DNA of 64,000 nucleotides from positions 1-64,000 of the forward strand of contig CAWCFT010000015.1 of the NCBI GenBank assembly GCA_963794945.1, written 5' to 3'. The notes below the pieces were generated by a model, which saw only the letters and a list, made by a program, of their open reading frames with translations, made no database searches and was not told the DNA's origin. The translations under genes and the position numbers were made by a program. The DNA comes from Endomicrobiales bacterium. Its GTDB lineage: Bacteria > Elusimicrobiota > Endomicrobiia > Endomicrobiales > CAWCFT01. This document shows, one piece after another, positions 50,119-61,161 of the stretch (positions are counted from its first letter, which is position 1; every line of letters begins with the position of its first letter).

Positions 50119-51141
50119 CTAATGCGCAGCGTTATCAGCCAATACGCGCCTGAAAGTATTAAGTAAAATTGCGATGTCTACAACTATACTTTGTTTTTTA
50201 ATATATAGTTTATCGTATCTAAGTTTTTTCTTTATTTCTCCTAGTGTCGCCGCGTAACTCTGTCTTACCTGGGCTAAACCTGTAATTCCGGGTTTGACTC
50301 CAAAACGGCCGTTAAAATATTTCTTGTTCTCATTTACAAATACTGGTCTCTCTGGCCGTGGCCCGATAATACTCATGTCCCCTTGCAGGACATTGTAGAA
50401 TTGAGGAATCTCATCAAGGTGCGTCTTCCTTAATATTTTTCCTATACCAGTTATCCTACTGTCATTTTTCTTTGCCCATATAGGCCCGCTTTTAGCTTCA
50501 GCGTCAATGTACATGGTCCTTAATTTGTACATATAGAAAAGTTTTCCCATATTTTCGTCCCTTCTACGCGGCAGATCCTGAAAACCAGCGTCATACTCTT
50601 TCCTTCTATTTAGCCCGACCCTTATTTGTCTGAATAATACAGGCCCCTTAGAATCGATCCTAATTAGAATAATGCATATTAGCAGAATAGGACAAAATAC
50701 AATTAGCGCAATTAATGACACAATAATATCAAATAGCCTTTTTGCGTCACGATACCTTTTTTCTCCAAAAACCACGAACGCAACGATCGAGCCAATAATC
50801 ATGTAAATATACCCCGGCAACGTTGGAAATCTTATAGGTTTGTTTCTATCTTCAGAATTTACGTTGTTATAGCTGCCGTCATTTTCCCCGACTGCATATA
50901 TCTCTGACAGGATGGCTGAGTTCAGTTCGTTGTCACACACTCCGTCAACAGACTGCTCAAAATGCCTGCGCATCTTTAAAATAACTCTTATATATGACTC
51001 CGCGCGCCTTATTCTCGTGATTGGGGAAGAATGTAAACTCACGTGGTCGGGTGCGCTGTATATCATGCATGCGTTTGATCTTAACGGCGCGAATGACACA
51101 AGTACGAATATTAGCATCACATTACTCACTATTTTTCTCAT
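50119..51141 (-). CDS. Priming sugar transferase (Bac_transf; WcaJ/CpsE-like) with atypical N-terminus
   Basis: 'KRLFDI', 'GPVLFRQ.RVG', 'KLRTM', 'LDEIPQ..NVL.GDMS..GPRPERP', 'KPGITGLAQ'. Confidence 0.92.
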   Translation of the reverse strand: MRKIVSNVMLIFVLVSFAPLRSNACMIYSAPDHVSLHSSPITRIRRAESYIRVILKMRRHFEQSVDGVCDNELNSAILSEIYAVGENDGSYNNVNSEDRNKPIRFPTLPGYIYMIIGSIVAFVVFGEKRYRDAKRLFDIIVSLIALIVFCPILLICIILIRIDSKGPVLFRQIRVGLNRRKEYDAGFQDLPRRRDENMGKLFYMYKLRTMYIDAEAKSGPIWAKKNDSRITGIGKILRKTHLDEIPQFYNVLQGDMSIIGPRPERPVFVNENKKYFNGRFGVKPGITGLAQVRQSYAATLGEIKKKLRYDKLYIKKQSIVVDIAILLNTFRRVLADNAAH

Positions 51142-51378
51142 GGCAGCAACTCTCTTATCGTCAACACCAATTACTTTTTATTCCTAACACCTGTATCTTA
51201 TCCAAATAAGTCATGCGAAACAATTACCGGATTCCTTCATATCCTGCCTTTTTTCTTTTGACACTCCTATATAGACTTGACCTTGTTTATTGGATATATT
51301 CGGAAGGAAACAATAACGATTGGATATTTGTTACAGTCGAAGACAACGAGTTAATAATTGGCGTGATTGTTGAAACAG

Positions 51379-51429
51379 AAAAAACCACCCATTTTATAGT
51401 CTTATTTAGAGACTAATAACGGGTGGCTT
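51379..51429 (-). terminator. Intrinsic terminator downstream of thyX
   Basis: AGCCACCCGTT...ATGGGTGGTT with an inner TAGTCT/AGACTA stem, followed by a U tract. Confidence 0.7.
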
Positions 51430-51505
51430 AAAATTGATTTCAAGTATTCCGCCAAATTCGACGGAACATTTATGGAATATATTAAATATTGCTTACGCTA
51501 ATTTG

Positions 51506-52432
51506 TTATTTTGCCCAAGGGATAGGCTGCCCCATTCCTTTCAATTTTTCTTCCAGCTCGAGGCACTCAACGTTCCTCTTGTAACCTTCAGACGTTTCTG
51601 TTATAAAACCTGCATCCTTGGCCGCTTTTATGGCGTCTTTGAAATCGCCTTTAATTATTGGCGTCAGTATCTTCTGGTCTATCTTAGATAGGAAAGCGGT
51701 ATCTAGCCTGTAATCGTTGAATGCCTCCCATGCCACAGGGCACCAGCGGCTGACAATTTCTTTGTTGATCGTGTTCGCGTACGCGCGGATCTCGTACTGC
51801 GCCTTTCTCTCCATCCTCAATTCAAGGAAATGGAGCAGGTTCGACAGGTCAATCTTCCAGTAAGCCTCAGTATACGTTGAAAGCGGGAGGTCTTTCCTCG
51901 CTTGCTCCCTCGCGACACCCAGTTCCAGCCTTTTTTCATATGTCTTTCGGGCCAGCTCATGCAGGTCAAGCTCTTCTTTTGTCAGTTCTGCTCCTTTAAC
52001 ACTTTCTAGCACACCTTCGCTACCCTGGCGATTGACAAAACCCTGGGTGCGCCACTCGTTCGGCTTCGTTTTGTAGGTGGAATCTATTGCTATAGAGTAT
52101 CTGGTTGAATATTCGTTAACGTTCGCAGTACGGTGACGTATCCACTGCCTCCAGCAGTCCATAGGCACTCTTATATGCAGTTTTAGTTCGCACATCTCGA
52201 ATGGGCTCGTGTGACGGTTACGGATGAGATACCTGATAAGCCCTTTGTCGTCGCCTCTCGATTTAGTGCCCTTGCCGTATGACACCCTGGCCGCCTGAAC
52301 AATAGATTCGTCAGAACCCATGTAATCCACGACCCTTACAAAACCGTCGTCGAGCACCTTGAAAGGTTGCCCCAGCACTTTCTCAAGCTCGGGGACAGTA
52401 ACGCGCGTAAGTATCTCTGTCTTGTTATCCAC
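51506..52432 (-). CDS. thyX: FAD-dependent thymidylate synthase
   Basis: 'AARVSY', 'HTSPFE', 'RQWIRHR....NEYSTRY', 'REQAR..LP', 'AQYEIR'. Confidence 0.96.
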   Translation of the reverse strand: MDNKTEILTRVTVPELEKVLGQPFKVLDDGFVRVVDYMGSDESIVQAARVSYGKGTKSRGDDKGLIRYLIRNRHTSPFEMCELKLHIRVPMDCWRQWIRHRTANVNEYSTRYSIAIDSTYKTKPNEWRTQGFVNRQGSEGVLESVKGAELTKEELDLHELARKTYEKRLELGVAREQARKDLPLSTYTEAYWKIDLSNLLHFLELRMERKAQYEIRAYANTINKEIVSRWCPVAWEAFNDYRLDTAFLSKIDQKILTPIIKGDFKDAIKAAKDAGFITETSEGYKRNVECLELEEKLKGMGQPIPWAK

Positions 52433-52520
52433 ATCTGGCTCCTTTCTTAGCTGCTGTTTAAAATCTTTCCGGCTGCCTGAAATTATAGCATATTGAAACT
52501 ACGCAAAAAACTGTTCGGCA

Positions 52521-53000
52521 TTAACCGGCAATAGCTTTCAGTGCTTCCCTAGCCTTCTCGGTCAGAGATTCAACGCTCTGACCTCCGCTGCGAGCCGCGA
52601 AACAGCCTATGACCTTACCGCCTTTGCCAACGATCTTTTCGCTTATCCTGCTGATGGCCTTTGAGCCGTCACTGCCGCCCATAGTGACAAAAACGGCCAC
52701 TTTCTTTCCTGAAAATTCAGTGTTCTCTAAAAATGTATTCAGCGGAGGTGCCGGAGCGTTCGCCCAAACCGGTGAGCCAACATAAATCATGTCATAATCT
52801 TTGAGGTTCAAGTCCATAGGTTTCAAGTCCCACGTTTTGCCTTTCATAGCTGCGAACCCGCCGGCAACAAAGGCCCTGAACATTGATGGTCGCTTGAGGT
52901 CCTCGATAGGCCTGATGTCAGCCTTTAGCTCTGCCGCTATGGCCTTTGCTACCCAGGCTGTTTTCTGTGTATACGAATAATATACCACAAGTGTTTTCAT
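52521..53000 (-). CDS. Flavodoxin family protein
   Basis: 'LVVYYSYTQKT..VA' and 'YD.IYVGSPVW'. Confidence 0.88.
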   Translation of the reverse strand: MKTLVVYYSYTQKTAWVAKAIAAELKADIRPIEDLKRPSMFRAFVAGGFAAMKGKTWDLKPMDLNLKDYDMIYVGSPVWANAPAPPLNTFLENTEFSGKKVAVFVTMGGSDGSKAISRISEKIVGKGGKVIGCFAARSGGQSVESLTEKAREALKAIAG

Positions 53001-53013
53001 TTTGCCTCCCGCG

Positions 53014-53496
53014 TCACACTTTCAGAAATTTAAAATACAGGCCTTCCATTTCCCTGAGATCTTCTGAACGGAATTTAACCTTCACCAGCGGAAACAAATT
53101 CTCATCTTCCTTTGACGCATGAGCCGATATGGCTTCTATTATCTCGAAGGCCGACTTGATCATCTGTTCCCTGGTGATCTTTGAAGGATATCTCTTGTGA
53201 TTTTCGGCGACTACTTTAAATCCGTTGAGTTTTTGAAGTATCGGCGCGTGCTCCGCCTCTATCTGCTTAAAGATGGCTAATTCCGCAGCCGTTAGAACTT
53301 TTTTAAGCACCGGAAAGAGCACTGCTTCTTCCATGGCAAAATGCTCCCGCACCTCTTTTTGAAAAAAAGTGGATATCTCTTCCGCCTTGTCCCAGAAAAA
53401 AGCGTCACTGTCGAGCGATCTGACAAGCTTTGAGAGGATGTCCCTTTTTTCTGAGATGCCCCGGTGTCCCGCGACTATTTTTTCTATTATGTCCAT
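53014..53496 (-). CDS. Hemerythrin (HHE) domain protein
   Basis: 'HFAMEEAVLFP', 'EH', 'HASKEDENLFP'. Confidence 0.85.
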   Translation of the reverse strand: MDIIEKIVAGHRGISEKRDILSKLVRSLDSDAFFWDKAEEISTFFQKEVREHFAMEEAVLFPVLKKVLTAAELAIFKQIEAEHAPILQKLNGFKVVAENHKRYPSKITREQMIKSAFEIIEAISAHASKEDENLFPLVKVKFRSEDLREMEGLYFKFLKV

Positions 53497-53506
53497 TTTC
53501 GTCCCT

Positions 53507-55111
53507 TTATTTTTTCTGCTTTTTCTTTTTTAAGGCGTAGTCGTTAATGGCTACTATTATCTCAAGCATCGCGGAAACCGACCAGGCCTGAGAAACCGTT
53601 CCACCAGGCAGATGCTGGCTGCCGCTGAAAAGCTCAACGATGGTGTCTTTGTCCTTTATTAGGTACATGAGCCTGCTAGTCCTACCTTTTATCTTTGCCA
53701 TTTCGTTATCAAGGTCTTTCCTGACCCTAAGGTTTGCGAACATGTAATGTGACATAAGGAAAGGCCACACTGTGCCCTGGTGGTAAGCCTGGTCCTTAAC
53801 GTGCAATGGCGCAAAGGTGTCGTAAGTCCCGATGTATTTCGGGTCGTTAGGCGTAAGCGTCCGCGGCCCGTAAGGAGTAAGCAGTTCCTTTTCAATCGTA
53901 TCCACTATTGCTTCCTGTTTGTCTTGCGTCAGCAGGTCTTCTACCATTGAAAGCGACACTAAGAAGACCGCATTTGGCCTTATAGCCTCCGAATGCGGGT
54001 CGCCATCAAGCACGTCGAAAGGATAGAGCCGGCCGTACTCGAAAAAGCGGGCGTTAATGGATTTCGCTACCTCTTTTTTCAGTTTCGTATATTCGTTAGC
54101 GAGTTTTTTGTCGCCGGAAAGATAATTGAATTCGCTGGCGATAGCGAGCGCGTTATAGAATAGCGCCTGTATCTCGACCGGCTTGCCGTTTCGGGGAGTA
54201 ACCGGCACACCGCCCGGCGCCGCGTCCATCCATGTCCATTGCGCGGGTACAACTATAAGCTTGTCTGAGTCCATATAGAGGTCACCGCTGGATTTCGTGT
54301 AGCAGGAGATTATCCTGTTGACCACGGGCGTCATCTTTTTTATAAAAGCGTCGCCCGAAGCGCTGCTGGCCTGGAGCCGGTATTTGTTCAAAGCTTCTAT
54401 GAACCACAAAGAACCGTCGGCGCTGCCGTAATCTTTTGCTCCGGAGAAATATATCCTGTTAGGCAGAAGGCCTTCCTTGTTCTGCTGGGAAGCAAAATAG
54501 TTAAAGACGCTCTTAGCGTAGTCGAACCTGCACGTTAAAAGAATCAGTCCGCTTATGCTTATGAAAGCGTCGCGGCACCAGCTCTGGTCGAACCATGGGT
54601 AGCCGGCCATGAGCCTGACGTTCCCGTCGGGCATGCGCACGACGAAAGAATCGGCGGCTACGACCAGTTTCTTGAATATATCTTTGTTCTCTTCTATCTC
54701 GCTGCCGGTGCGGATAATGAAGTCGTTGTAGAGCACTTCCTCCATGAATTCCTGTATGAACCTGAAGAGCTGAAGGTTCGTATTGGCCTTGGTTTCGGGG
54801 TCTTTGCTTATGCTTGCGAACTTATTAAGCTCGCGTATATAGCCCCACGCTTCGGGTATATAGTCCTTGGTGAGTCCCGCGCGGTTCAAGATGTCATATG
54901 TCTTGTTGAAAAAATCGCCCCGCGCACTGTGATAGAGGAGCGCTGATTTACCTTTTTCCCCGGTGAATTTGATGTAGTGGCCCGCAACGAGCAGCACGTG
55001 AAGGCCCGGCGCGTTAATATTCCACAATATGTTCTTTCCGCCGTCGCTGTAGAGCGTGAAATTTTCAAGAAGGTTCAGTTTTTCCGTCATCGCATTGCTT
55101 ATCGCTTTCAT
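53507..55111 (-). CDS. Glycogen debranching enzyme / amylo-alpha-1,6-glucosidase (GDE_C)
   Basis: 'AGYPWF..W.RDAFIS..G', 'TWMDA', 'TPR.GKPVEIQAL', 'YHQGTVWP', 'QAWSV'. Confidence 0.9.
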   Translation of the reverse strand: MKAISNAMTEKLNLLENFTLYSDGGKNILWNINAPGLHVLLVAGHYIKFTGEKGKSALLYHSARGDFFNKTYDILNRAGLTKDYIPEAWGYIRELNKFASISKDPETKANTNLQLFRFIQEFMEEVLYNDFIIRTGSEIEENKDIFKKLVVAADSFVVRMPDGNVRLMAGYPWFDQSWCRDAFISISGLILLTCRFDYAKSVFNYFASQQNKEGLLPNRIYFSGAKDYGSADGSLWFIEALNKYRLQASSASGDAFIKKMTPVVNRIISCYTKSSGDLYMDSDKLIVVPAQWTWMDAAPGGVPVTPRNGKPVEIQALFYNALAIASEFNYLSGDKKLANEYTKLKKEVAKSINARFFEYGRLYPFDVLDGDPHSEAIRPNAVFLVSLSMVEDLLTQDKQEAIVDTIEKELLTPYGPRTLTPNDPKYIGTYDTFAPLHVKDQAYHQGTVWPFLMSHYMFANLRVRKDLDNEMAKIKGRTSRLMYLIKDKDTIVELFSGSQHLPGGTVSQAWSVSAMLEIIVAINDYALKKKKQKK

Positions 55112-55142
55112 CTCACTGCTCTCCTTGGCCTGCCCCTTACAC

Positions 55143-56159
55143 TTATTTCCGGGCGCCGGCTGAGTGAATCTCTCGCTGGTTCTTAATACTTTCTTTTAAT
55201 GTCAACTTGTATTTCTTTATAAGTAATGTCGGATTGTACGAAATTTTGGCCTTTCTTAAGCCGTCGATACCCATATCCTCTTCGCGATTGATATATATTA
55301 TATGTTCCGGCAGGTTCATAGCGAAAAGCTTGTTTATCATCTGGTAAACGCCCTTGTGATCGGTCAATCCGTTCTCGTGGTGAACTACAGCCGTAGGGAA
55401 CGTGCCGTTCTCGTAAGCAAACTCGTCCACTAGCGTCGCGACGGTGGCCGCCACGATCTTTCCATCAGCGTAGAGCAACCCCCCGCAGGCTCCAATACCG
55501 TCAAAGTTCTCAATAAGCCTGCACGCCGCACAGTATGCTCCGGCACCCAGTATCCCGTTCTTTGCTGCTGCGACATCCCATTTCTCTATGAACTGCTTCG
55601 CGGCCGAAAGGTTATTATCGCTCAGCACCTCGTAGCTCCACTTATATTTGTTCTCGAACTGCCGCACGAGGTTCCTCTTCTGCGCGTACGCCCGGCCATC
55701 GAGCGCGCTTAGGTTTGACCTCTTGTAAACGTAATCATAATGGTCTCTGTCGTCGATTATATTGAATTCGTCTTTTTGTATGTGTTTCATGTAAACCTCG
55801 GGTATATCAGAGAACTCCAGCGCCAGTCCTTGTTCTTCACAATATTTAAAAAGGGCCCTGAAGAGCTCAATGAATATCTGCCCGAATTTGTCTTGATCCA
55901 ATTTATCTGTTTGCAGCGGCATAAGCACAACCATTCTTCCGGCCGTGACATAATAAACTATAAGAAAACCTCCCAGCCTCGAAACCCTGTAGTTAAAGAA
56001 GTCCCTCCAGCCGAACAGCGTATTGAAAACCATATCTGCAGAACAGGGCGGGCTGAACTTGTAAGCATGGAAGAAATCTTCTCTTTGATCCATGTCGAGA
56101 GCGCTATATGATGGAAATTCTGCGATCTTACTTAGTGTAGACTCGGACACATTTTTCAC
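55143..56159 (-). CDS. DUF2156 / aminoacyl-phosphatidylglycerol synthase C-terminal-like protein
   Basis: 'DYVY....L..L.G....KRN' and 'INREEDMG..GLRKAK.SY.P'. Confidence 0.85.
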   Translation of the reverse strand: MKNVSESTLSKIAEFPSYSALDMDQREDFFHAYKFSPPCSADMVFNTLFGWRDFFNYRVSRLGGFLIVYYVTAGRMVVLMPLQTDKLDQDKFGQIFIELFRALFKYCEEQGLALEFSDIPEVYMKHIQKDEFNIIDDRDHYDYVYKRSNLSALDGRAYAQKRNLVRQFENKYKWSYEVLSDNNLSAAKQFIEKWDVAAAKNGILGAGAYCAACRLIENFDGIGACGGLLYADGKIVAATVATLVDEFAYENGTFPTAVVHHENGLTDHKGVYQMINKLFAMNLPEHIIYINREEDMGIDGLRKAKISYNPTLLIKKYKLTLKESIKNQREIHSAGARK

Positions 56160-56250
56160 GTTAATAGCACCTCGATAGGAATACTCACGGAACAGGAATT
56201 GATCTCAGAAAATATCGACTGTGTCCTGTGGCAGGCGCAACAAGCCCATA

Positions 56251-59200
56251 TCATTCCGAACATTTCTTGATGCCTGCCTCGCATTGTTTAGCGCATGTAA
56301 TATCCAGAGATTTAGCTTTCTTGTAGTTCTGAATAGCCTGCTTTTTTTCACCAGCCGCGTATTGGGCTTCTGCAAGCTGAAAGTAAGCGGCGGAATATTT
56401 AGAGTTGAGTTCTATGGCCTTAGTAAAATCGGCGGTTGCTTTGCCGTTATCTCCATTTTTTGCGAAGACAAGCCCTCTATTGAAAAAAGCTGATGCAAAA
56501 TGTGGTCCGAGTTCTACAGCCTTATTGAGGTCTTCCAGTGCATTATCTGTCTCATTCATCCTGAAATGCGCTGTTCCTCTGCCAATATAGCTCAGTGCGT
56601 TTTTTGGCTCTGCCTCTATCGCCCCCGTAAAGTTAGTGACCGCGCCTTCGAGGTCCCCCTTTTTAAGCGCTATATTGGCCCTATTCGAATACTCGATCGC
56701 TCCAAGCTTGCGCGCGGGTTTTGCTTCTTTTATCGGTACGAACTTCTCTGGCTTCACCGCTACAGCCGGTTTTGGCTCTGGTTTTTCCTTGGCCGCTGGG
56801 GCCTGCTTTTCGATTTTCTCAGGTTTAGGTTCTTCTATTATTTCGGATTTGGGCTCACTGTTAGACGCGGATACAGGTTTTCCTAGATCCTCAAGTTTAA
56901 CTTCGTCTTTGTGTGCCGGCTGCCCCGCAAGCTCGGTCTTTGATTCTTCTTTTATTACGGATTTAGACTCAATTTTTACTTCAAAAGGGATTGCCGCTTC
57001 CGTTTTCTCAGACCTTGCTTCTTCTTTTGGCGCCGGCTGCTCTACGGGCGCGAGTATCGGTTCTTCCTTAATTTCCGGTTCCGCTTCTTCATTTATTTCT
57101 CGAATTGGTTTGGCTGCCGGAAAAGGTAAAGATACAGGAAGTTCTTCTTCAGCCTGCACGGGTTCCGGCCTTGGTTCAGGCGCCGGAGGTGTCAGGGTTG
57201 GGTCGATGGAGATTGCCTTCATGAAATCTTCTTCAAACCTCATCCTGTCTCCTGACGACGCATAGGCCTTAGCTCTTTCATAGTATGCTTTGCCGTTATT
57301 TGGTTCAAGCTCTATGGCCCGTTTCAGGTCTTTTATCGCAGACGGAATATTTCTGGTCTACGGCATACGCCCGCGCCCTCAAGATATATATCTCTGAGGA
57401 TTTGGGAGAAAGTTTTTCTGCGGTGTTGAGGTCTTTGACTGCTTCCGAAGCCATCCCTTTCTGTGAATAGCTTTTCGCCCGGCCGACATACCAGCGGTAG
57501 TCTTTAGGCGCGGCATCTATGGCCCTGGTATAACCACTTGCCGCATCTTCAAAGGCACCTGCATTAAAAAGCGCTTCTGACCGTCCGGTTATCACATCAA
57601 GGTCATCATCGCCCCCGCATTCGGCGGCCCGCGAGTAGTTATCCGCGGCAACACTGAAATTGCCATCTTTCAAATTCATGAAACCCATATCTCTGTAAAG
57701 CTCGTAGCCTTTAAAACCTAAGTCAGCGGCTTTTTTCAAGTTGATATAAGCGTTGTCAAAATCACCTTTTTTAATATTTACAGAAGCTATTTTTGAAAAA
57801 GCTTCACCGTCACTCGGACAAAGGCATCCTGCTTTCGTGTAATCGGCCAGCGCGGCATCATATTCTTGCTTTTTATAAGAGAAGTCTCCCCTCATTATAT
57901 ACCCGCGAAAGTAGTTCGGGTCGATCTTCAGCGCCTCGGTTATATCTTTCTCGCATCTTTCTATTTCACCCCTCTTAAGGTATATTTCAGCCCTCAATAC
58001 AAACACCTCAACTGTTTTTAACCGAAGCTCTATTGCTTTATTGCAGTCCCTCAGCGCCAGCTCATTTCTGCCTTGCCTCAAAAACATCCTTGCCCGCAGG
58101 TAATAGTGGTTCTTTTTCTTGGGATTAAATTTTACAGCATTTTCGTAATCTTTAAACGCTTGTTCATATTCGCCTTTTTCTTCATAAAGCTGGCCTCGGC
58201 GTCCGTAAATAAGGCCGTCTTTAGGGTTAAGATTTATAGCCGCGTTCAATTCTTCTATTAAAGTATTTATTTCTTCAAGTGTTTTTTGGGGGTTTGGCGC
58301 TGGCTCCGGTTTGCTGCAAATAACTGATACATTCTCCGCTGGAGGCTCGGCGGCTTCCCTTGATATTTTGATTTCTTCTTGGTTGACAGCCCCGCCAGCG
58401 GGCTGGTGTGCCGTGACAGGCGGAATGTTTTCGACGGCTGGAACGGCAGGAGGTTTAGACGCGGCAACAGAGGTGTTCTCCACGGGCGGAGCGATAGTAA
58501 GTTTGGGAGCGGCACTCTGGGGCTCTTCTTCAGCCTGGTTAAAGAACTCGCTTTGTTCAGCCATGACCTCTTCGTCTATTTCAGCTATGGCTCTGGTTAT
58601 CCAAGTTTCGGGCTCGGGAGGGTCTTGCGGTGGCTCCGCTATCTCCAGCCTGATAGTTTTAGCGTTAGCCCTCTCTTCTTCGCTCATTTGAGGTTGGGCA
58701 GGTGCCTCGGCCTCTGAAGGTTCATCGGGTGTTTGCGCTAATACAGGATTCTCTATCTTTTCCGGCTCTGGTTCCGTGACAGGCTCTTTTTCGGAAGTGT
58801 TACGCTCTTCGCTGATATCTTCAAAATATGCCTTTGGCTTTGCTATCTCGGCTTTTAATCCGGTGAACGTCCTTCCCCCGCCGAGCTCCATGGCTTTGTC
58901 GTAATCCTTGACCGCATTAAGGTTCTTCCCTTTGTTGCGCCAGGCTATGCCGCGGTAATAGTACGCCTCGGCATATCCCGGGTCCTGTTCGAGCGCCTTT
59001 GTAAAATCTGTGATGGCGGAATCGTTGTCGCCGTTTTCGAGGAATGCCAAACCGCGCTTTATATAAACATCTGCGCCGTCCTTTCCAAAATATATGGCCG
59101 AAGAATAGTCCTCAATAGCCTTTCCGATCTCGCCCTTTTTCATGAGGCAGCCTGCCCTCATGTAATTGGCATCAGGGTTCCCCTGAGATGCGTCTATGGC

Positions 59201-60988
59201 ATCAGTATAATCCTTTATGGCGCTGTCTATGTCGCCCTTACGCTCCCACGCTTTCCCGCGCAGGAAGAATGCTTCGTCAAAAGAATGGTCCAGCTCTACC
59301 GCCCTGGTTAGGTCGTTTATCGCGCCGCCTATTTCGCCTTTTTCAAGAAATATAAAGCCGCGGTTCCTGTAAGGCATGGCTTCTTTTTTATCCATATCTA
59401 TGGCTTTATCGAGGTCGTTAAGCGCCCCCTCCTGATCGCCTTTTGCAAGAAGCAGCCCGCCTCTTTCGGCATATAGCGCCGCGTCCGAAAAACCCAGTTC
59501 GACGGCCCTGTTGAAATCATCGAACGCGTTGTCTTTTTCATCAAGCCTAGCCAGCGATAAGCCGCGCAGAAAAAATGCCGACGCGTTCCTGGGGCTGTTC
59601 TCGATCACACGCGAAAGATCGGAAACCGCCTTTTTCCACTCATGTTTTTTAATAAGGCACATACCGCGTCCGTAATACGCTTCCGTCGTGTCTAGACTCA
59701 TCTCTATAGCTTTTGTATAATCGTTTATAGCTAGGTCGTACCTTCCCTTTTCATAATATATCTTGCCCCTGAGGCACCATGCCTCGACAAGCTTCTCGTT
59801 TAGCTCTATGGCCATGGAAAAATCTTTAAGAGCCCCATCGTAGTCGAACTTGAGTGCATAAAGGAGACCTCTGCCGTAATAGGCCTCCATGCAGTCGGGT
59901 TTGAGCTCGGCGGCTTTGCCATAGTCATAAGCGGCCTTATCGGTTTCACCCCTTTCCGAGTAGAGAAAAGCGCGAAAAATGTAAATGTAATACGACCTCG
60001 GCGAAAGCTCCGCCGCCGCGTTAAGGTCGCTTACGGAGTTAAGCAGGTCGTTTCTTTCGAAATAGTAGTTCGCCCGCGAGACATAGGCCAGCGTGAACTT
60101 GGGGTTGAGCTCCAGGGCCTTGTTGTACTGTTTAAGGGCCTTCTCGTAATATCCTTCGTACCGGTAAAAATGGCCAAGATTGTAATGCGCAAAATAATCA
60201 GCAGGGCAGAGCTCTATTGCCTTGTCAAAATCCTCGGCGGCAGTCTCGTCTTCCATATTCCTGCGGTGAGCTAAGCCCTTATTATTGTAAGCGAAAGAGT
60301 CTTCAGAATTGAGCTCTATGCCTTTTTCAAAATCTTTTATCGCCAAACCGTTCTCATTTTTGTTGCGGTAGGCTATACCGCGGTTGTTGTAGGCATACTC
60401 GTCGTTAGGGTTGAGTTCTATCGCTTTCGTAAAATCCGCTATCGCTGAGTCGTTGTCACCCATAAAGCGGTACAGTATCCCTCTGTTGTAGATAGCGGCC
60501 GCGTACTTGGGGTTAAGTTTTATAGCTTTGTTAAGATTATTGAGGGCTTTTTCGTATTCGTGTTTTCTGCGGTAGGCGTTGCCGAGCTCGTTGTACGCTG
60601 TGGAATTTTGCGGGTTAAGTTCGACGGCTTTTGCGAAATCTTCCACGGCAGAATCGAAATCGAACTTCTGCATGTAAACGCTTCCCCTGGCTATGTAACA
60701 GAAAGCAAATGCCGGATCAATGCTGATCGCCTTGTCGAAATCCTCCAGAGCGGCGGAATAGTCCTCACGCTTCTGGTAGTTTAGCCCACGGTTGTAATAG
60801 GCGGAAGCGTCTTCAGGATTGAGTTTTATCGCCTTGTCATCGTCCTTTAACGCCCTGTCGTATTCGTGTTTTTTTTGCTGGCTTATCGGTTTTTTGTAGG
60901 GGATAACGCTGTCTTCGGGGTTGAGCTCGATTTGCTCTATATATTTTTCTATCTGGGTTTGGAGTATTTTTTTATAATCTAGTGCCAT
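56251..60988 (-). CDS. Giant TPR-repeat protein with Glu/Pro-rich linkers; frameshift near 57340
   Basis: Dozens of 'AYxNRG...A..DF.KAIEL.P' units. The TPR register continues across the ORF junction ('AIKDLKRAIELEP'). Confidence 0.85.
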
Positions 60989-61161
60989 GGGAGACTCCGA
61001 TGTTAATGCTAAATTATATAATTATTGATAGCCTTAATCAACAATGGTTGTTGTACTACCAAACAAACTTAATATGCCTTATTTGTGTGATAAATTTTCA
61101 AAATATGATTGAAATTAGTTAAAAATATCCATGTGTGCGCCCTTTGGCAGTAGCGCCACCA

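Noticed and set aside
56636..57265. Plus-strand 209-aa ORF and the many other short plus-strand ORFs in the track
   Set aside because: These are antisense shadows of well-supported minus-strand genes, with no RBS or motifs. Only 10721-11059 is accepted on the plus strand.
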